DNA from: an uncultured Candidatus Saccharibacteria bacterium
Lineage (GTDB): Bacteria; Patescibacteriota; Doudnabacteria; UBA920
Direction of reading: 5' to 3'
Assembly (NCBI GenBank): GCA_964556325.1
Contig: CAZKVS010000001.1
Span: forward strand, 67,133-131,132
DNA: 64,000 nucleotides
Shown: positions 1 to 9,434 of the stretch, piece after piece
How the letters are laid out: the number at the start of each line of letters is the position of its first letter
Numbering within the stretch: position 1 is the stretch's first letter
Position numbers and translations under genes: made by a program
The notes under the pieces: generated by a model
What the model saw: the letters and a program-made list of their open reading frames with translations, nothing else
Databases searched by the model: none
What the model was told of the DNA's origin: nothing

Positions 1-369
1 AGAGGGAACCCCGGACCGGCAGGCATTGGCGTAGTTATTCGGGATGAATCTGAGACTATTATTTTTGAACATGGCGCGTACATAGGCGACCAAACGAACA
101 ATTTTGCCGAGTACAGTGCGCTCATAAAGGCTTTAGAGACTGCTCGCGACCTAGGCGGGACAGACCTGCTGGTGCGCATGGACAGCGAGCTTATAGTGAA
201 GCAAATGCAGGGCCTATATAAAATAAAAGAACCAACCCTCCAAGGATTGGCCAGCCAGGTGTTAAAGCTCAAAAGTAATTTTAAGAGTGTAGTTTTTACT
301 CACGTGCGGCGCGAGTTCAACAAAGACGCCGACCGTATGGTCAACCAAGCCTTGGACGCCCAGATGTAA
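1..369 (+). CDS. rnhA: Ribonuclease HI family protein (5' partial)
   Basis: Frame 1 reads RGNPGPAGIGVVI...QTNNFAEYSALIKALE...DSELIVKQMQG...HVRREFNKDADRMVNQALD, matching RNase HI motifs; start lies outside the window. Confidence 0.9.
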   Translation, partial: RGNPGPAGIGVVIRDESETIIFEHGAYIGDQTNNFAEYSALIKALETARDLGGTDLLVRMDSELIVKQMQGLYKIKEPTLQGLASQVLKLKSNFKSVVFTHVRREFNKDADRMVNQALDAQM

Positions 370-384
370 ATAATTATCTGAATA

Positions 385-437
385 CGAAAAAGACGAAGTG
401 TATCGGAGCGCTGAGATGCTCCACACTTCGTCTTTTT
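385..437. terminator. Hairpin between convergent genes (probable bidirectional terminator)
   Basis: aaaaagacgaagtgt...acacttcgtcttttt inverted repeat with A/T tails. Confidence 0.6.
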
Positions 438-502
438 GCTTTTGACTTTGAAATCCTCCCTGTTGATTGTTTCGCAGAGCGCTGATACGCTCCGTGTTTG
501 GA

Positions 503-1021
503 TTAGTGGCGGATGTCAATTTGGACCATCCGCCGACGTCTTTCTGCTGGTACGTTGTCCCAGCAGCTCATCGTATAATGAAGTAGTTTCTCCGCTCCTC
601 GGATCTGAAACCATGACTTCTTGTCGCCTGGCCCTTTGACTCGGTGGATATATGGGTTACCCAAGAGTGGGGCCTGCGCCGTACATACGACTGGCATGTC
701 CAAGGGAAGATAAAGCTCTTCCGTGACTTCGCTGGTGTCTTTATATACCAGTAGTACGACATCATCCGGTGCGTCTGGATTACCGTCGGCGTCATCTGGC
801 CACTCGTGGAAAACGCTTTCCGGAATCAGGCAGGACTCGCCGGGCTGCATAGCCCCGAGTGTGGTGCGGTAACCCATCGCTGAGTTCTCGGAAGTAAAGC
901 TTACTTCTACCGAAGGGGTTGATTGGTTGGGGCTAAAATCCCTGCCCAACGTGAAACCCCACACTAGCACCCCGAACAGGACGATGAAGCAAAGCGCAAT
1001 TTTGAGAAAGGTGTTACCCAT
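503..1021 (-). CDS. Membrane-anchored hypothetical protein, paralog of 1187..1741; SD-linked start at 1085 is out of frame across an A8 tract
   Basis: N-terminal TM segment; shares MQPGxxCxxPE, PVxCTxQAP and YIxxxKGP motifs with its neighbour. Confidence 0.7.
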   Translation of the reverse strand: MGNTFLKIALCFIVLFGVLVWGFTLGRDFSPNQSTPSVEVSFTSENSAMGYRTTLGAMQPGESCLIPESVFHEWPDDADGNPDAPDDVVLLVYKDTSEVTEELYLPLDMPVVCTAQAPLLGNPYIHRVKGPGDKKSWFQIRGAEKLLHYTMSCWDNVPAERRRRMVQIDIRH

Positions 1022-1186
1022 TTGCTCAAAGGTTTTGAAGATTTGTCTGACGCCCGCCAGATGTTTTTTTTGTCGAGTATTTCATGCCTTTTTCCTCCAA
1101 TGTAGCATGAGACGGTTCTTGGTCTGTCACCGTACTTAGCCCACATAGTGCTAGTTTTCGGTGACTGATTGGTTTTGGTTTTCGAT

Positions 1187-1741
1187 TTAGTTGTCTTCGC
1201 CCCACATGCCGTCATCAACGGCAATGAGGTTTGACTTTTCGTTCTCAGGCATGCCTGCCAAGGCTCTGATACGCGTCTGCGTGTTCCCGGGTACATAGAT
1301 CCTGTACCAAGGCTCACTGTCCGTAGGTCCTTTAATCTTCCGGATATAGGACAGCCCGAACTTCGGAGCCTGCGGGGTACACAAGACCGGTGCACCTGCC
1401 GGGATGAATTCCTTGCCGTCTTCCGATTCAATTACCGGCAGAGCATCCGGTCCAAGCTTGCCTCGTCCTGCTTGCAGGAACATGTTCTCCGGTAGAACAC
1501 AGCGGTCGCCGGGTTGCATTGTTGCCACGGTTTTGAGTTGACCCAAGCAGCAAACCACCGGCGCCTGCTGGATGTGTTGAATCAAGTTGTTTTGTCCAGC
1601 CGCGGTGGGTGGTTTAAGGAAGTTTTGGTAGGCCCCCCAGCCTAAACCAAACCCAAAGAAAATAGCTGCAAGCAACATGAACGTTGCGGCAACCGGATCA
1701 TTAACCATGCTTTTTCTCAGATTAGCGAAAAAGGTCTTCAT
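1187..1741 (-). CDS. Membrane-anchored Cys-containing hypothetical protein, paralog of 503..1021
   Basis: GGAGG RBS upstream, TM helix, shared motifs. Confidence 0.75.
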   Translation of the reverse strand: MKTFFANLRKSMVNDPVAATFMLLAAIFFGFGLGWGAYQNFLKPPTAAGQNNLIQHIQQAPVVCCLGQLKTVATMQPGDRCVLPENMFLQAGRGKLGPDALPVIESEDGKEFIPAGAPVLCTPQAPKFGLSYIRKIKGPTDSEPWYRIYVPGNTQTRIRALAGMPENEKSNLIAVDDGMWGEDN

Positions 1742-1898
1742 TTCATTTACCTCCGATTTTTTGCGATTGATTTTTGGTCACCCCATAGCTGAGCACATGT
1801 AGTGCTGCTTTAGGGTGGCGAGTGTTGGTTCTTGTGAAATGCCATGCAAAAAAGCCTTATAATTAAGGCTTTTATTGCGTATATATTATACTATAAAA

Positions 1899-3185
1899 CT
1901 AGCGTAATGTCAATATGCGTAAAGAGGTACCGGTGAGATAAACCAGTGTAGTATCGTTGAGGTATTGCAGGTGAGTGAACTGGTCTCCATTATCTAACAC
2001 GTACCTATTTTGTTCACCTCGGTCGTCTAACTCAAGGGCCACAAGTTGTTTGCCTTGGGCAAAGAGCGCGTATTGGAGGCTGGGTTGCACAATGTTTCCG
2101 GTAAATCCTTCGCCGCTCCGGGAGACTAATCGGCCGGTATTGCGACTGCTGTCATACCACCAGAGTTCACCGGCAGCCGTATAACTGAGAGTACCGGTTT
2201 GGTCAGAACCGGTTGTAACGCCGGTAGCTATAACTTCCGGTTGAGCGTTTACGCGATACAATGTTTTGTTGCTGAGCACAAACACTGCTTTTTCGCTATC
2301 TATGTAGAGGTGTGCGTCTTGTGTGGGGATGTTCTTTGTAAGCAGTTGGTCGTTGCTTAGCCCGTTCGTAGTTATGGTTGCGTGGTGTAGGTCACCTGTT
2401 TCTATCTCTTTTTCTATGTAGTATAGGTCTGCCTCACGGACGCGGAGTGCATATACGTTAGAGGCGAGCACAAGCGGCTTAGCGGTGAGTTTTTCAAACG
2501 AAAGCGCAAGTAGTACATGGTCGGGTGTGAGGACGAGCGCTACATTTTCAGTAAATAGTACTTGCGCAAGGGTAGGCACTTGTTTTGTAATATCAGTGAG
2601 CACAAACCCATCGGGGTTTAGTACTAAGAAAGAGTGAGCAGTGCGAATGCCTATAAAAGCATTAGTGGGGTTGGTTATAAGTTCTATAGGCGTTTCGGGA
2701 AGTGTCGTGCGAGTCGTCCGATCAGGCTCATCTAAGTTTGGTATGAGTGTAAGGGTGAGACCGCTCGCGTATACCAGCCCTTTGCTGTAAGCAGCGTATG
2801 AAGTAACTTCTGGGGCCAACTCCTGTGGCGTTTCGCGTTTAAGCAAAATTTGTTTTTCCGGGTTAGGGTTTGTGTACGTGACGTGGCCTGCCACCACAGG
2901 AAGTCGCTTTTGCCAATCCCAGTAGCCGTTTTTGTGCAGCTGGATAGTATAGTCCCCAGTGGGAACAAAACGAACAGATGCCGGAGTGGTGTCTTCCAGT
3001 TCGCCGTCTACAGAGACTTCCGCACCGCTCGGGTCGCTGGTTACAGAAATTATACCTGTTGGTTGCATGCGTCGGTTTCCTGCGAGTGGTAATTTACCCT
3101 GTACGTACAGGACTAAAGCGGGGGCAGTAACGGCAAAAAAGAGAATGCCTAGTACGAGTAAGGTATAACGAGGTTTTCGGGTCAT
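1899..3185 (-). CDS. PEGA domain-containing membrane-anchored protein
   Basis: TM anchor followed by GIISVTSDPSGAEVSVDG...TTP...GDYTIQLHKNGYWDW (PEGA signature). Confidence 0.8.
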   Translation of the reverse strand: MTRKPRYTLLVLGILFFAVTAPALVLYVQGKLPLAGNRRMQPTGIISVTSDPSGAEVSVDGELEDTTPASVRFVPTGDYTIQLHKNGYWDWQKRLPVVAGHVTYTNPNPEKQILLKRETPQELAPEVTSYAAYSKGLVYASGLTLTLIPNLDEPDRTTRTTLPETPIELITNPTNAFIGIRTAHSFLVLNPDGFVLTDITKQVPTLAQVLFTENVALVLTPDHVLLALSFEKLTAKPLVLASNVYALRVREADLYYIEKEIETGDLHHATITTNGLSNDQLLTKNIPTQDAHLYIDSEKAVFVLSNKTLYRVNAQPEVIATGVTTGSDQTGTLSYTAAGELWWYDSSRNTGRLVSRSGEGFTGNIVQPSLQYALFAQGKQLVALELDDRGEQNRYVLDNGDQFTHLQYLNDTTLVYLTGTSLRILTLR

Positions 3186-3298
3186 ATAAATGCAGAAGTC
3201 AGAATTTTAGAATGCCTAATAAAATCAGTGCACTTTCTTGTATTTTAGCGGTTTTTTTGGCCTATTACAATGAGCAGCATTTTGGTATACTAAAGACC

Positions 3299-3380
3299 AG
3301 TAATGAGAAATGAGGCTTGAGGTATGAGTCTGCTAAAAGCGAGTTTTACTCATTACTCACGGCTCATTACTCACTACTAT
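3299..3380. repeat. Inverted heptamer-repeat hairpin (ATGAG / CTCAT units) immediately upstream of mreB
   Basis: aatgaga aatgagg cttgagg tatgagt ... actcatt actcacg gctcatt actcact. Confidence 0.8.
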
Positions 3381-3385
3381 TTTTT

Positions 3386-4402
3386 ATGGCAAAGTGGTTG
3401 CAAAACAAGATTGGGATAGACTTAGGCACAGCCAATACATTGGTGTTTTTGCCTCAGAAGGGAATTGTAATAAATGAACCCACGGTAGTGGCTATTACAT
3501 TGGATGACAATCGGGTTTTGGCGGTTGGCCAGGAGGCAAAAGATATGCTCGGTCGGACGCCAGAAACAATCGTAGCCCGCCGTCCTATGCGAGATGGGGT
3601 TATAGCAGATTACCGCGTAACCGAGGCTATGCTGCGGTATTTCATCAATAAGGCGCTCACAGGCTTTCGGCTCATGCGGCCTGAAGTAATGATTAGTGTG
3701 CCTGGCGGTGTTACTTCGACTGAACGAAGGGCTGTGCTTGACGCTGCTCGTGCTGCTGGTGCTCGGCAGGCTTTTGTAATTAAAGAGACGGTGGCGGCGG
3801 CTATTGGGGCAGGTATACCTATTGGCAGCGCTGCAGGGAACTTGGTTATAGATATTGGCGGCGGCACAACCGATGTAGCAGTGCTTTCTCTGGGAGGTAT
3901 TGTAACTTCTACTTCAGTGCGAGTTGCAGGAAACCGTTTAGATCAAAGCATTGTAGATTATGTTCGGAAAAAGCATGGTTTAACCATCGGAGATAGAACC
4001 GCAGAAGAGATTAAAATTAACATAGGTAGCGCACTCCGCCTTCCAGAAGAAGAAGTTATGGAAGTAAAGGGTCGCGATGTTATTTTGGGCTTACCTCGGA
4101 GTATTACTGTTTCCACCAACGAGGTTGTAGAGGCCATTCAGGAAGACTTAATTGAAATGGTTCGGGCTATCAAGACCGTCTTACAAGAAACGCCACCTGA
4201 GCTTATAAGCGATATTATAGATAAAGGCATGGTTATGACCGGGGGTACTGCCTTACTCAGGAATTTAGACCGGTATATTACTCAGGCTATTAGTGTGCCG
4301 TGTTTTGTGGCGGAAGACGCGCTTTTGTGTGTAGCGAAAGGCACGGGCGTGGCTTTGGATAACTTGGACAGCTATAAGCGCAGTATATTGAGTATAAAAT
4401 AA
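3386..4402 (+). CDS. mreB: Rod shape-determining protein MreB/Mbl
   Basis: IGIDLGTANTLV, DIGGGTTDVAV, GGTALLRNLD motifs; start moved to ATG 3386 because the upstream extension translates the repeat. Confidence 0.95.
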   Translation: MAKWLQNKIGIDLGTANTLVFLPQKGIVINEPTVVAITLDDNRVLAVGQEAKDMLGRTPETIVARRPMRDGVIADYRVTEAMLRYFINKALTGFRLMRPEVMISVPGGVTSTERRAVLDAARAAGARQAFVIKETVAAAIGAGIPIGSAAGNLVIDIGGGTTDVAVLSLGGIVTSTSVRVAGNRLDQSIVDYVRKKHGLTIGDRTAEEIKINIGSALRLPEEEVMEVKGRDVILGLPRSITVSTNEVVEAIQEDLIEMVRAIKTVLQETPPELISDIIDKGMVMTGGTALLRNLDRYITQAISVPCFVAEDALLCVAKGTGVALDNLDSYKRSILSIK

Positions 4403-4424
4403 ACGTAGTGCTTACAGGGCGCTC

Positions 4425-4464
4425 ATACATGTAAAAGTTTTAAAACTTTTACATGTATTTTTTT
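4425..4464 (+). terminator. Perfect 34-bp palindrome plus T-run (mreB terminator)
   Basis: atacatgtaaaagtttt|aaaacttttacatgtat followed by T-tract. Confidence 0.7.
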
Positions 4465-4554
4465 ATCCACTAGTAAATTAGTTTTTTTGTTGACATGTAC
4501 TGTGGTATACTTAAATAAATATTGAGTTATTAAAATTGAGAAACAAAAATTAGT

Positions 4555-5076
4555 ATGTCAGAAACTACACGGAAATCTTTTTATATTTTTCTGTCTACAT
4601 TTCTTGGGGTGTTATTGTTTTTAATGTTAGATAGAGCCGCGTTTTTAATAGCGTTTATTGCCGGGGCAGACATTACCTCTTTGCCTGTACTTGCCTTAGA
4701 GTACGTAACTTCCATGATAGCTGTCGCCTTTGGGGCGTGGTATGGTATTTGGCTCGGTCTTGTTTGGTATGCTGCGGTATACGAAGAGAAAACTACTCGA
4801 GGAGTGTATGGGTGGATAAGGGGTTTTCGTGGTGGGGCAGTGGGCGCCGCTCAGGACGGTTCTTGGGAAATAGACGACTTAGTTACGGTAACCTCCAACG
4901 ACTCAAAAGGACGAGAGAAGCTAGATTATTTTGAAGCAAACACGGTTAAATTTGCTGGTGGTTCTCCGGTTGCCTCTAGTAGGTTGCAACTTGCCCCGGA
5001 AGACGAAATGCCCAAACCGCGAGTGGTAGCAAAGCGTGCGCCTCGGAAGACGGCGGTAAGAAAAACAGTCTCTTAA
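4555..5076 (+). CDS. Hypothetical membrane protein with basic C-terminal tail
   Basis: Two hydrophobic helices; ORF track. Confidence 0.65.
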   Translation: MSETTRKSFYIFLSTFLGVLLFLMLDRAAFLIAFIAGADITSLPVLALEYVTSMIAVAFGAWYGIWLGLVWYAAVYEEKTTRGVYGWIRGFRGGAVGAAQDGSWEIDDLVTVTSNDSKGREKLDYFEANTVKFAGGSPVASSRLQLAPEDEMPKPRVVAKRAPRKTAVRKTVS

Positions 5077-5166
5077 ATGTAGAAGTTAGAATGCAGAATT
5101 CAGAATGAATTATGCGCTGGGTGGGCTCTGCATTTTCTATTCATAATTCTACATTCATAATTCTGC
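5077..5166. repeat. Inverted heptamer-repeat hairpin (AGAAT / ATTCT units)
   Basis: tgtagaa gttagaa tgcagaa ttcagaa ... attcata attctac attcata attctgc, ending at the next ATG. Confidence 0.8.
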
Positions 5167-5553
5167 ATGTATATGACCTACGCTAAACTGCTTGGTTTTG
5201 GATTTATTTTAGCCGCTGTCTTAGTTGTACTGAAAACTATTTTTTTCGGGTATTTTACGTGGGAAGATACTTCAGCGTTGCATTATGTGTATTGGGGTGT
5301 AGCTGCATTGCTAACGCCTGCATTAGTTCGGCGTTTGGGTGTTATTACTATTTTGGAGGCCATGGTAGTGGCTGTACTCTGGCTCGTAATGGAAATAATA
5401 GGGGATTTAATAATTGCCGCGCCCATTGCGGGTTGGCGAGTGTTGGTTGACTCCAATTTTGCTATCGGCTACCTTATTCCTTCTTTAGTTATATTTATGT
5501 TTCATAAAAAGCGTCACGTGCACGTGCGGAAGCAGCTCGCGGCGGCAAAATAG
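5167..5553 (+). CDS. Hypothetical 4-TM membrane protein
   Basis: Hydrophobic helices; ORF track. Confidence 0.65.
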   Translation: MYMTYAKLLGFGFILAAVLVVLKTIFFGYFTWEDTSALHYVYWGVAALLTPALVRRLGVITILEAMVVAVLWLVMEIIGDLIIAAPIAGWRVLVDSNFAIGYLIPSLVIFMFHKKRHVHVRKQLAAAK

Positions 5554-5599
5554 TGGACAAGCATTGGAAGCGCCTCTCATCAAGGCGTTTTTTTTGTTA

Positions 5600-5628
5600 T
5601 TGACTATAGGTGTACGGTCGTATACTAT
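5600..5628 (+). promoter_or_regulatory. Putative sigma70 promoter for dinB
   Basis: TTGACT-17 nt-TACTAT. Confidence 0.45.
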
Positions 5629-5649
5629 ACAAGAAATGACCACATAACA

Positions 5650-5737
5650 AATGTCTAATACCTAATTTCTAATGTCTAGTCGAAATGCACAAGACTGTCC
5701 GGACCATTAGGAATTAGATATTAGAAATTAGGTATTT
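5650..5737. repeat. Inverted heptamer-repeat hairpin (TCTAAT / ATTAGA units)
   Basis: tgtctaa tacctaa tttctaa tgtctag ... attagga attagat attagaa attaggt. Confidence 0.85.
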
Positions 5738-5749
5738 CTTTCTACCTGT

Positions 5750-7219
5750 ATGCAACGCATAATCATGCATATCGATATGAATAGCTACTTTGCTTCTTGC
5801 GAACAGCAGGACAATTTGGCGTGGCGCAATAAGCCGTTGGGAGTATGCGAGCATTTAGGGGGGATAATTATTGCGCCATCGGTCGAGGCGAAACGATGGG
5901 GGATTAAAACCGGGACGCCAGTGTGGGAAGCGCGAAAGCTGTGCCCTCAAATTATTTTGACTAAAACAAATCCAGATCGCTATCGATATTACACTGCCAA
6001 GTTTTTAAAAGTTTTTGAAGATTACACAGCAGATATTGAACGGTATAGTATAGACGAAGCGTTTTTGGATGTGACAAAAGTTTGCAATGTCCGGGCCTGT
6101 TCTCCCCCTCATGAGGGGGAGTTAGAGGGGGTCGTAGAACATGTCAATAATTCTCACATTACTATGACCTCCCTCAGCCCCTCCTCAAGAGGAGGGGGGC
6201 AGGAGAAAAGCTTGCCCTCAAGCGGGGGAGGACCGGATTTGGTTGACCCTTATGAAGAAGCAGCGCGTATTGCGAAAGAGATAAAGCAGCGCATGGAGCG
6301 GGAAGTGGGGGATTACCTGCGTTGCTCTGTGGGAATTGGCTGGAGTAAACTTATTGCAAAAATTGGCTCTGATATGCAGAAGCCCGATGGACTTACTGTG
6401 TTGCGCCCTATAGATAAGGCTTGGCTCTATAAGAAGTTGCAGTTGACGGATATGCCAGGTATTGGCACACGAATGGCTAGTCGTTTGCGAGAACGGGGTA
6501 TACGAACATTGGTGGACTTGCAGAAGTGTTCGGCTACTAGCCTACACAGTTGGTTCGGTATTATGGGCTATCATTTATGGTCTATGGGTCAGTTGGAGGG
6601 GCTGTGGCACGAAGATTTTTCCGAGCTTGCCCCTATAAAGTCGGTGGGGCATATGTATACCATTGCGGCAGAGTTTCGTAACCAGGTGGGTGTGGGAGAG
6701 CGAGTACTCTACAGGCTTTCAGAAATGGTTGCACGGCGGTTACGCACGCTGGGGGTAGGGGCAGTTGGACTGTCTGCACATGTGGCAGATAAAGAATATA
6801 ATTTTTTTGGCGGCCAACGACAGTTGGGTATCCCTACGGCAACAGGGCAGGATATTTTTCATGCTGCGAAACACGCCATAGTGGGAGAATTAGGCGGGGC
6901 GTGGCCAGCGACTATTTATCGCGTGGGGGTGACTGCGTTTGGCTTGCAGAGTAGCCAGCGCGTGCAGCTAAGCTTGTTTCCGGAAGTAAATAGACGCTTG
7001 CGTGCCGATGCGGCTTTGGACGCTATTAATCGAAAATATACCAAAGACGAGTGGCAGGAGGCACGAGAAAGAGCCTCTTTGGGGCGTACGCCTAGCAATA
7101 GAGGTGCTGACGCTATTTTGCCGGCTCCCGCATTTTTTGCCCAACGGGTTATTCGTGACTCCGCTGGGTTTGGTCGCATGCGGGAGTTTTCCGTTGCTGA
7201 TTATAAACGCGGCGATTAG
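5750..7219 (+). CDS. dinB: DNA polymerase IV (Y-family) with an in-frame palindromic insertion
   Basis: HIDMNSYFAS, YSIDEAFLD, CSVGIGWSKLIAKIGSDMQKPDG motifs. Confidence 0.9.
   Translation: MQRIIMHIDMNSYFASCEQQDNLAWRNKPLGVCEHLGGIIIAPSVEAKRWGIKTGTPVWEARKLCPQIILTKTNPDRYRYYTAKFLKVFEDYTADIERYSIDEAFLDVTKVCNVRACSPPHEGELEGVVEHVNNSHITMTSLSPSSRGGGQEKSLPSSGGGPDLVDPYEEAARIAKEIKQRMEREVGDYLRCSVGIGWSKLIAKIGSDMQKPDGLTVLRPIDKAWLYKKLQLTDMPGIGTRMASRLRERGIRTLVDLQKCSATSLHSWFGIMGYHLWSMGQLEGLWHEDFSELAPIKSVGHMYTIAAEFRNQVGVGERVLYRLSEMVARRLRTLGVGAVGLSAHVADKEYNFFGGQRQLGIPTATGQDIFHAAKHAIVGELGGAWPATIYRVGVTAFGLQSSQRVQLSLFPEVNRRLRADAALDAINRKYTKDEWQEARERASLGRTPSNRGADAILPAPAFFAQRVIRDSAGFGRMREFSVADYKRGD
6102..6233. repeat. 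CCCCTC/GAGGGG REP-like palindromic element inside dinB
   Basis: Perfect 20-bp palindrome ctccccctcatgagggggag, then gagggggtc...gacctccctc and cccctcctcaagaggagggg. Confidence 0.75.
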
Positions 7220-7221
7220 CA

Positions 7222-7325
7222 AGGCAGAATTATGAATCATGAAGTATGAATCAAGAGATAGACCACTCTTTTTCTAAAAGAAAAAGAGTGGTCTCCATAA
7301 TTCATAATTCCACATTCTTGATTCC
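7222..7325. repeat. Inverted heptamer-repeat hairpin (TGAAT / ATTCA units) with an internal perfect stem
   Basis: tatgaat catgaag tatgaat ... agaccactctttttct/agaaaaagagtggtct ... ataattc ataattc cacattc ttgattc. Confidence 0.8.
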
Positions 7326-7377
7326 GTGCCTCACTTTGCTGTGGTATACTAAAAGTACTGTGATTAAGCAAAAAAGT

Positions 7378-7647
7378 ATGGCAGACGAAACAGAAAATTA
7401 TAAAAAAATGTTGTCCGACTTAATCAAGAAGCAAATGGTTATGCTCGGCCCCAATATTGCGCTCGATAAAGCACGTAAAGTGCCCGGCTTAAAGTTGGAC
7501 GATAGTGGTGAAGTGTTGGAAATGGACGGCGATCCTCGTATGGTTTTAAAGGGTGTGGCCAATGAATATATGACACTTTCAGGCCAAATTGCTCAAATGA
7601 CTCTCAATACTTTGTTAGAAAAATATCCTGGGGTACAGAACATCTAA
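7378..7647 (+). CDS. Small hypothetical protein preceding the sensor kinase
   Basis: Start moved to MADETENYKK, downstream of a TGTGGTATACT extended -10-like sequence; the longer ORF reads through the repeat. Confidence 0.7.
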   Translation: MADETENYKKMLSDLIKKQMVMLGPNIALDKARKVPGLKLDDSGEVLEMDGDPRMVLKGVANEYMTLSGQIAQMTLNTLLEKYPGVQNI

Positions 7648-7650
7648 AAC

Positions 7651-7750
7651 CGATGCGAAACTACGAATGATGCGAATCAACGAATGTCCTACGAATGCAA
7701 TTCTCCGTAGCTGGTTCGTAGATTCGCATGTATTCGTATATTCGCATCGC
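7651..7750. repeat. Inverted 8-9-mer repeat hairpin (CGAAT / ATTCG units)
   Basis: cgatgcgaa actacgaat gatgcgaat caacgaat ... gttcgtag attcgcat gtattcgtat attcgcatcg. Confidence 0.8.
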
Positions 7751-7764
7751 ATATAAAATAAACA

Positions 7765-9429
7765 ATGTTACTCAACATAATTTTAATTGTAGACTTGGTC
7801 CTGCTGGCCATTATGGTGGGGGTGTATATTCATTACACCTTGCGTGAGCGTTATTTGCTGCAGGGTCAGGTTGGTCAAGCATATGAGCTCCAGCAGCGTA
7901 TATACCAAATTCAGGTGCTTAAGGAGATTGGGGAGCGTATTGGGTATTCGTTGGATACAAATAAAATCGTAGAAATTATTACCAGCAGCCTTGGGAGTTT
8001 ACTGGAGTACGATACCGTGTCGTACATGGTCTTGCAGGGACAGGGTGACCAGCTGGTGTTTAAGTGCCATGTCAATAACACCGTGACTCACGCGTTTTTG
8101 GGTGAAGTGCGGGAGAAAATGTTGTTGTCGGTAAGCGCTATCTTGGACCGGGATTTTAAACCGGAGCTGGTAGATGAAAGCGTGACGGGGAATATTTTAG
8201 ACGATAACCTCAAAGTAAGTCTAAAGTCCTATTTTAACTTGCCGGTTGTTATAGGCGATAAATTAGTAGGGCTTATTAATGTAGGTTCGCAAGTGCCCGG
8301 TCAGTATGGGGATGCACAGGCGTCTATTTTGTATTCTATTACCAACCAAGCCTCTACGGCTGTATCTAAGTTGCAAGCAGTGCTGGAGAGTGAAAAGGGT
8401 AAATTGGTTGCTGTCATAAACTCTATGACCGATGGGGTAGTCATGGTGGATATGCGTAACCAGGTGTTGGTATCTAACCCAGCTGTGCGAAGTCTGCTAG
8501 AGATTGCTGGTGGGCAAGACACAACTATGTATGATGTGGTGGACGCGCTGGCCGGCAAAGTAGATGTGCGGACTAAGATTGAGCAGGCCATTGGCACTAA
8601 GTCGCCCATTGTGATTAGTGGGGTACAGTTGAAAGACCATATGGTAGAGCTGACCATAACACCAGTACGAAGTCAACAAGGGGATCAGTTAGGTGCGGCG
8701 GTGGTGTTCCATGATATTACGACGGAAAAAGACTTAGAAAAGCTTCGTCAGGACTTTACGGCTATGATGGTGCACGAACTCCGTGCGCCATTAACTGCCG
8801 TACGCTGGTCCAGTGAGTCGTTGGGCAAAATGGCCGTACCCGGCGCGGCTATAGAACCTAAGAAAATAGAAGAAACAGCCCTCACTATAAGCTCAGCTTC
8901 TCGGAACATGCTGGAGTTGGTCAATGACTTGCTGGATGTAGCTAAAATTGAGGCTGGTAAGTTTGATTTGAACCTGCAAGAGTACGATATTGTCGCTATT
9001 ATTAAAGACCAGCTGCTTACCTTTAAGGCTTTGGCTGAGCAAAAGCGGCTGCAGTTGAGTGATACGCTTCCAGATAAATTTATGGTAAAATGTGACAAGG
9101 TTCGCATTTCTCAGGCTTTGGAGAACCTGCTGTCTAACGCTATAAAATACACGGACAGCGGCCAGGTTATGGTCACTCTCACTATAGACCAGCAGAACAA
9201 AAAAGCGACCGTGGCGGTGAAGGACTCTGGGGTGGGCGTCAGCCGAGAAGATATTTCGCAGCTGTTCTCCAAGTTCCGCCAGCTCAAAAATACTGATAAT
9301 GCTCGCAAGGGTACTGGTCTTGGGCTGGTGGTGAGTAAAGGTATTGTGGAGGCGCACGGCGGTCAAATTTGGGCGGAGAGCGCGGGCGACAACATGGGTA
9401 CGACTTTTTACTTTACATTACCATTATAA
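7765..9429 (+). CDS. Sensor histidine kinase (TM-GAF-PAS-HisKA-HATPase)
   Basis: MVHELRAPL H-box, NLLSNAIKYT N-box, DSGVG and GTGLGL G-boxes. Confidence 0.92.
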   Translation: MLLNIILIVDLVLLAIMVGVYIHYTLRERYLLQGQVGQAYELQQRIYQIQVLKEIGERIGYSLDTNKIVEIITSSLGSLLEYDTVSYMVLQGQGDQLVFKCHVNNTVTHAFLGEVREKMLLSVSAILDRDFKPELVDESVTGNILDDNLKVSLKSYFNLPVVIGDKLVGLINVGSQVPGQYGDAQASILYSITNQASTAVSKLQAVLESEKGKLVAVINSMTDGVVMVDMRNQVLVSNPAVRSLLEIAGGQDTTMYDVVDALAGKVDVRTKIEQAIGTKSPIVISGVQLKDHMVELTITPVRSQQGDQLGAAVVFHDITTEKDLEKLRQDFTAMMVHELRAPLTAVRWSSESLGKMAVPGAAIEPKKIEETALTISSASRNMLELVNDLLDVAKIEAGKFDLNLQEYDIVAIIKDQLLTFKALAEQKRLQLSDTLPDKFMVKCDKVRISQALENLLSNAIKYTDSGQVMVTLTIDQQNKKATVAVKDSGVGVSREDISQLFSKFRQLKNTDNARKGTGLGLVVSKGIVEAHGGQIWAESAGDNMGTTFYFTLPL

Positions 9430-9434
9430 ATTAA

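Noticed and set aside
3317-3385. N-terminal extensions of MreB, and similarly of the ORFs at 7246, 10000 and 14000
   Set aside because: They are translations of the intergenic repeat hairpins (e.g. YSLLTAHYSLL); family homology begins at downstream ATGs.
4462-4471. DnaA-box-like TTATCCAC as a replication origin
   Set aside because: Only isolated imperfect boxes occur, with no cluster and no dnaA/dnaN context.
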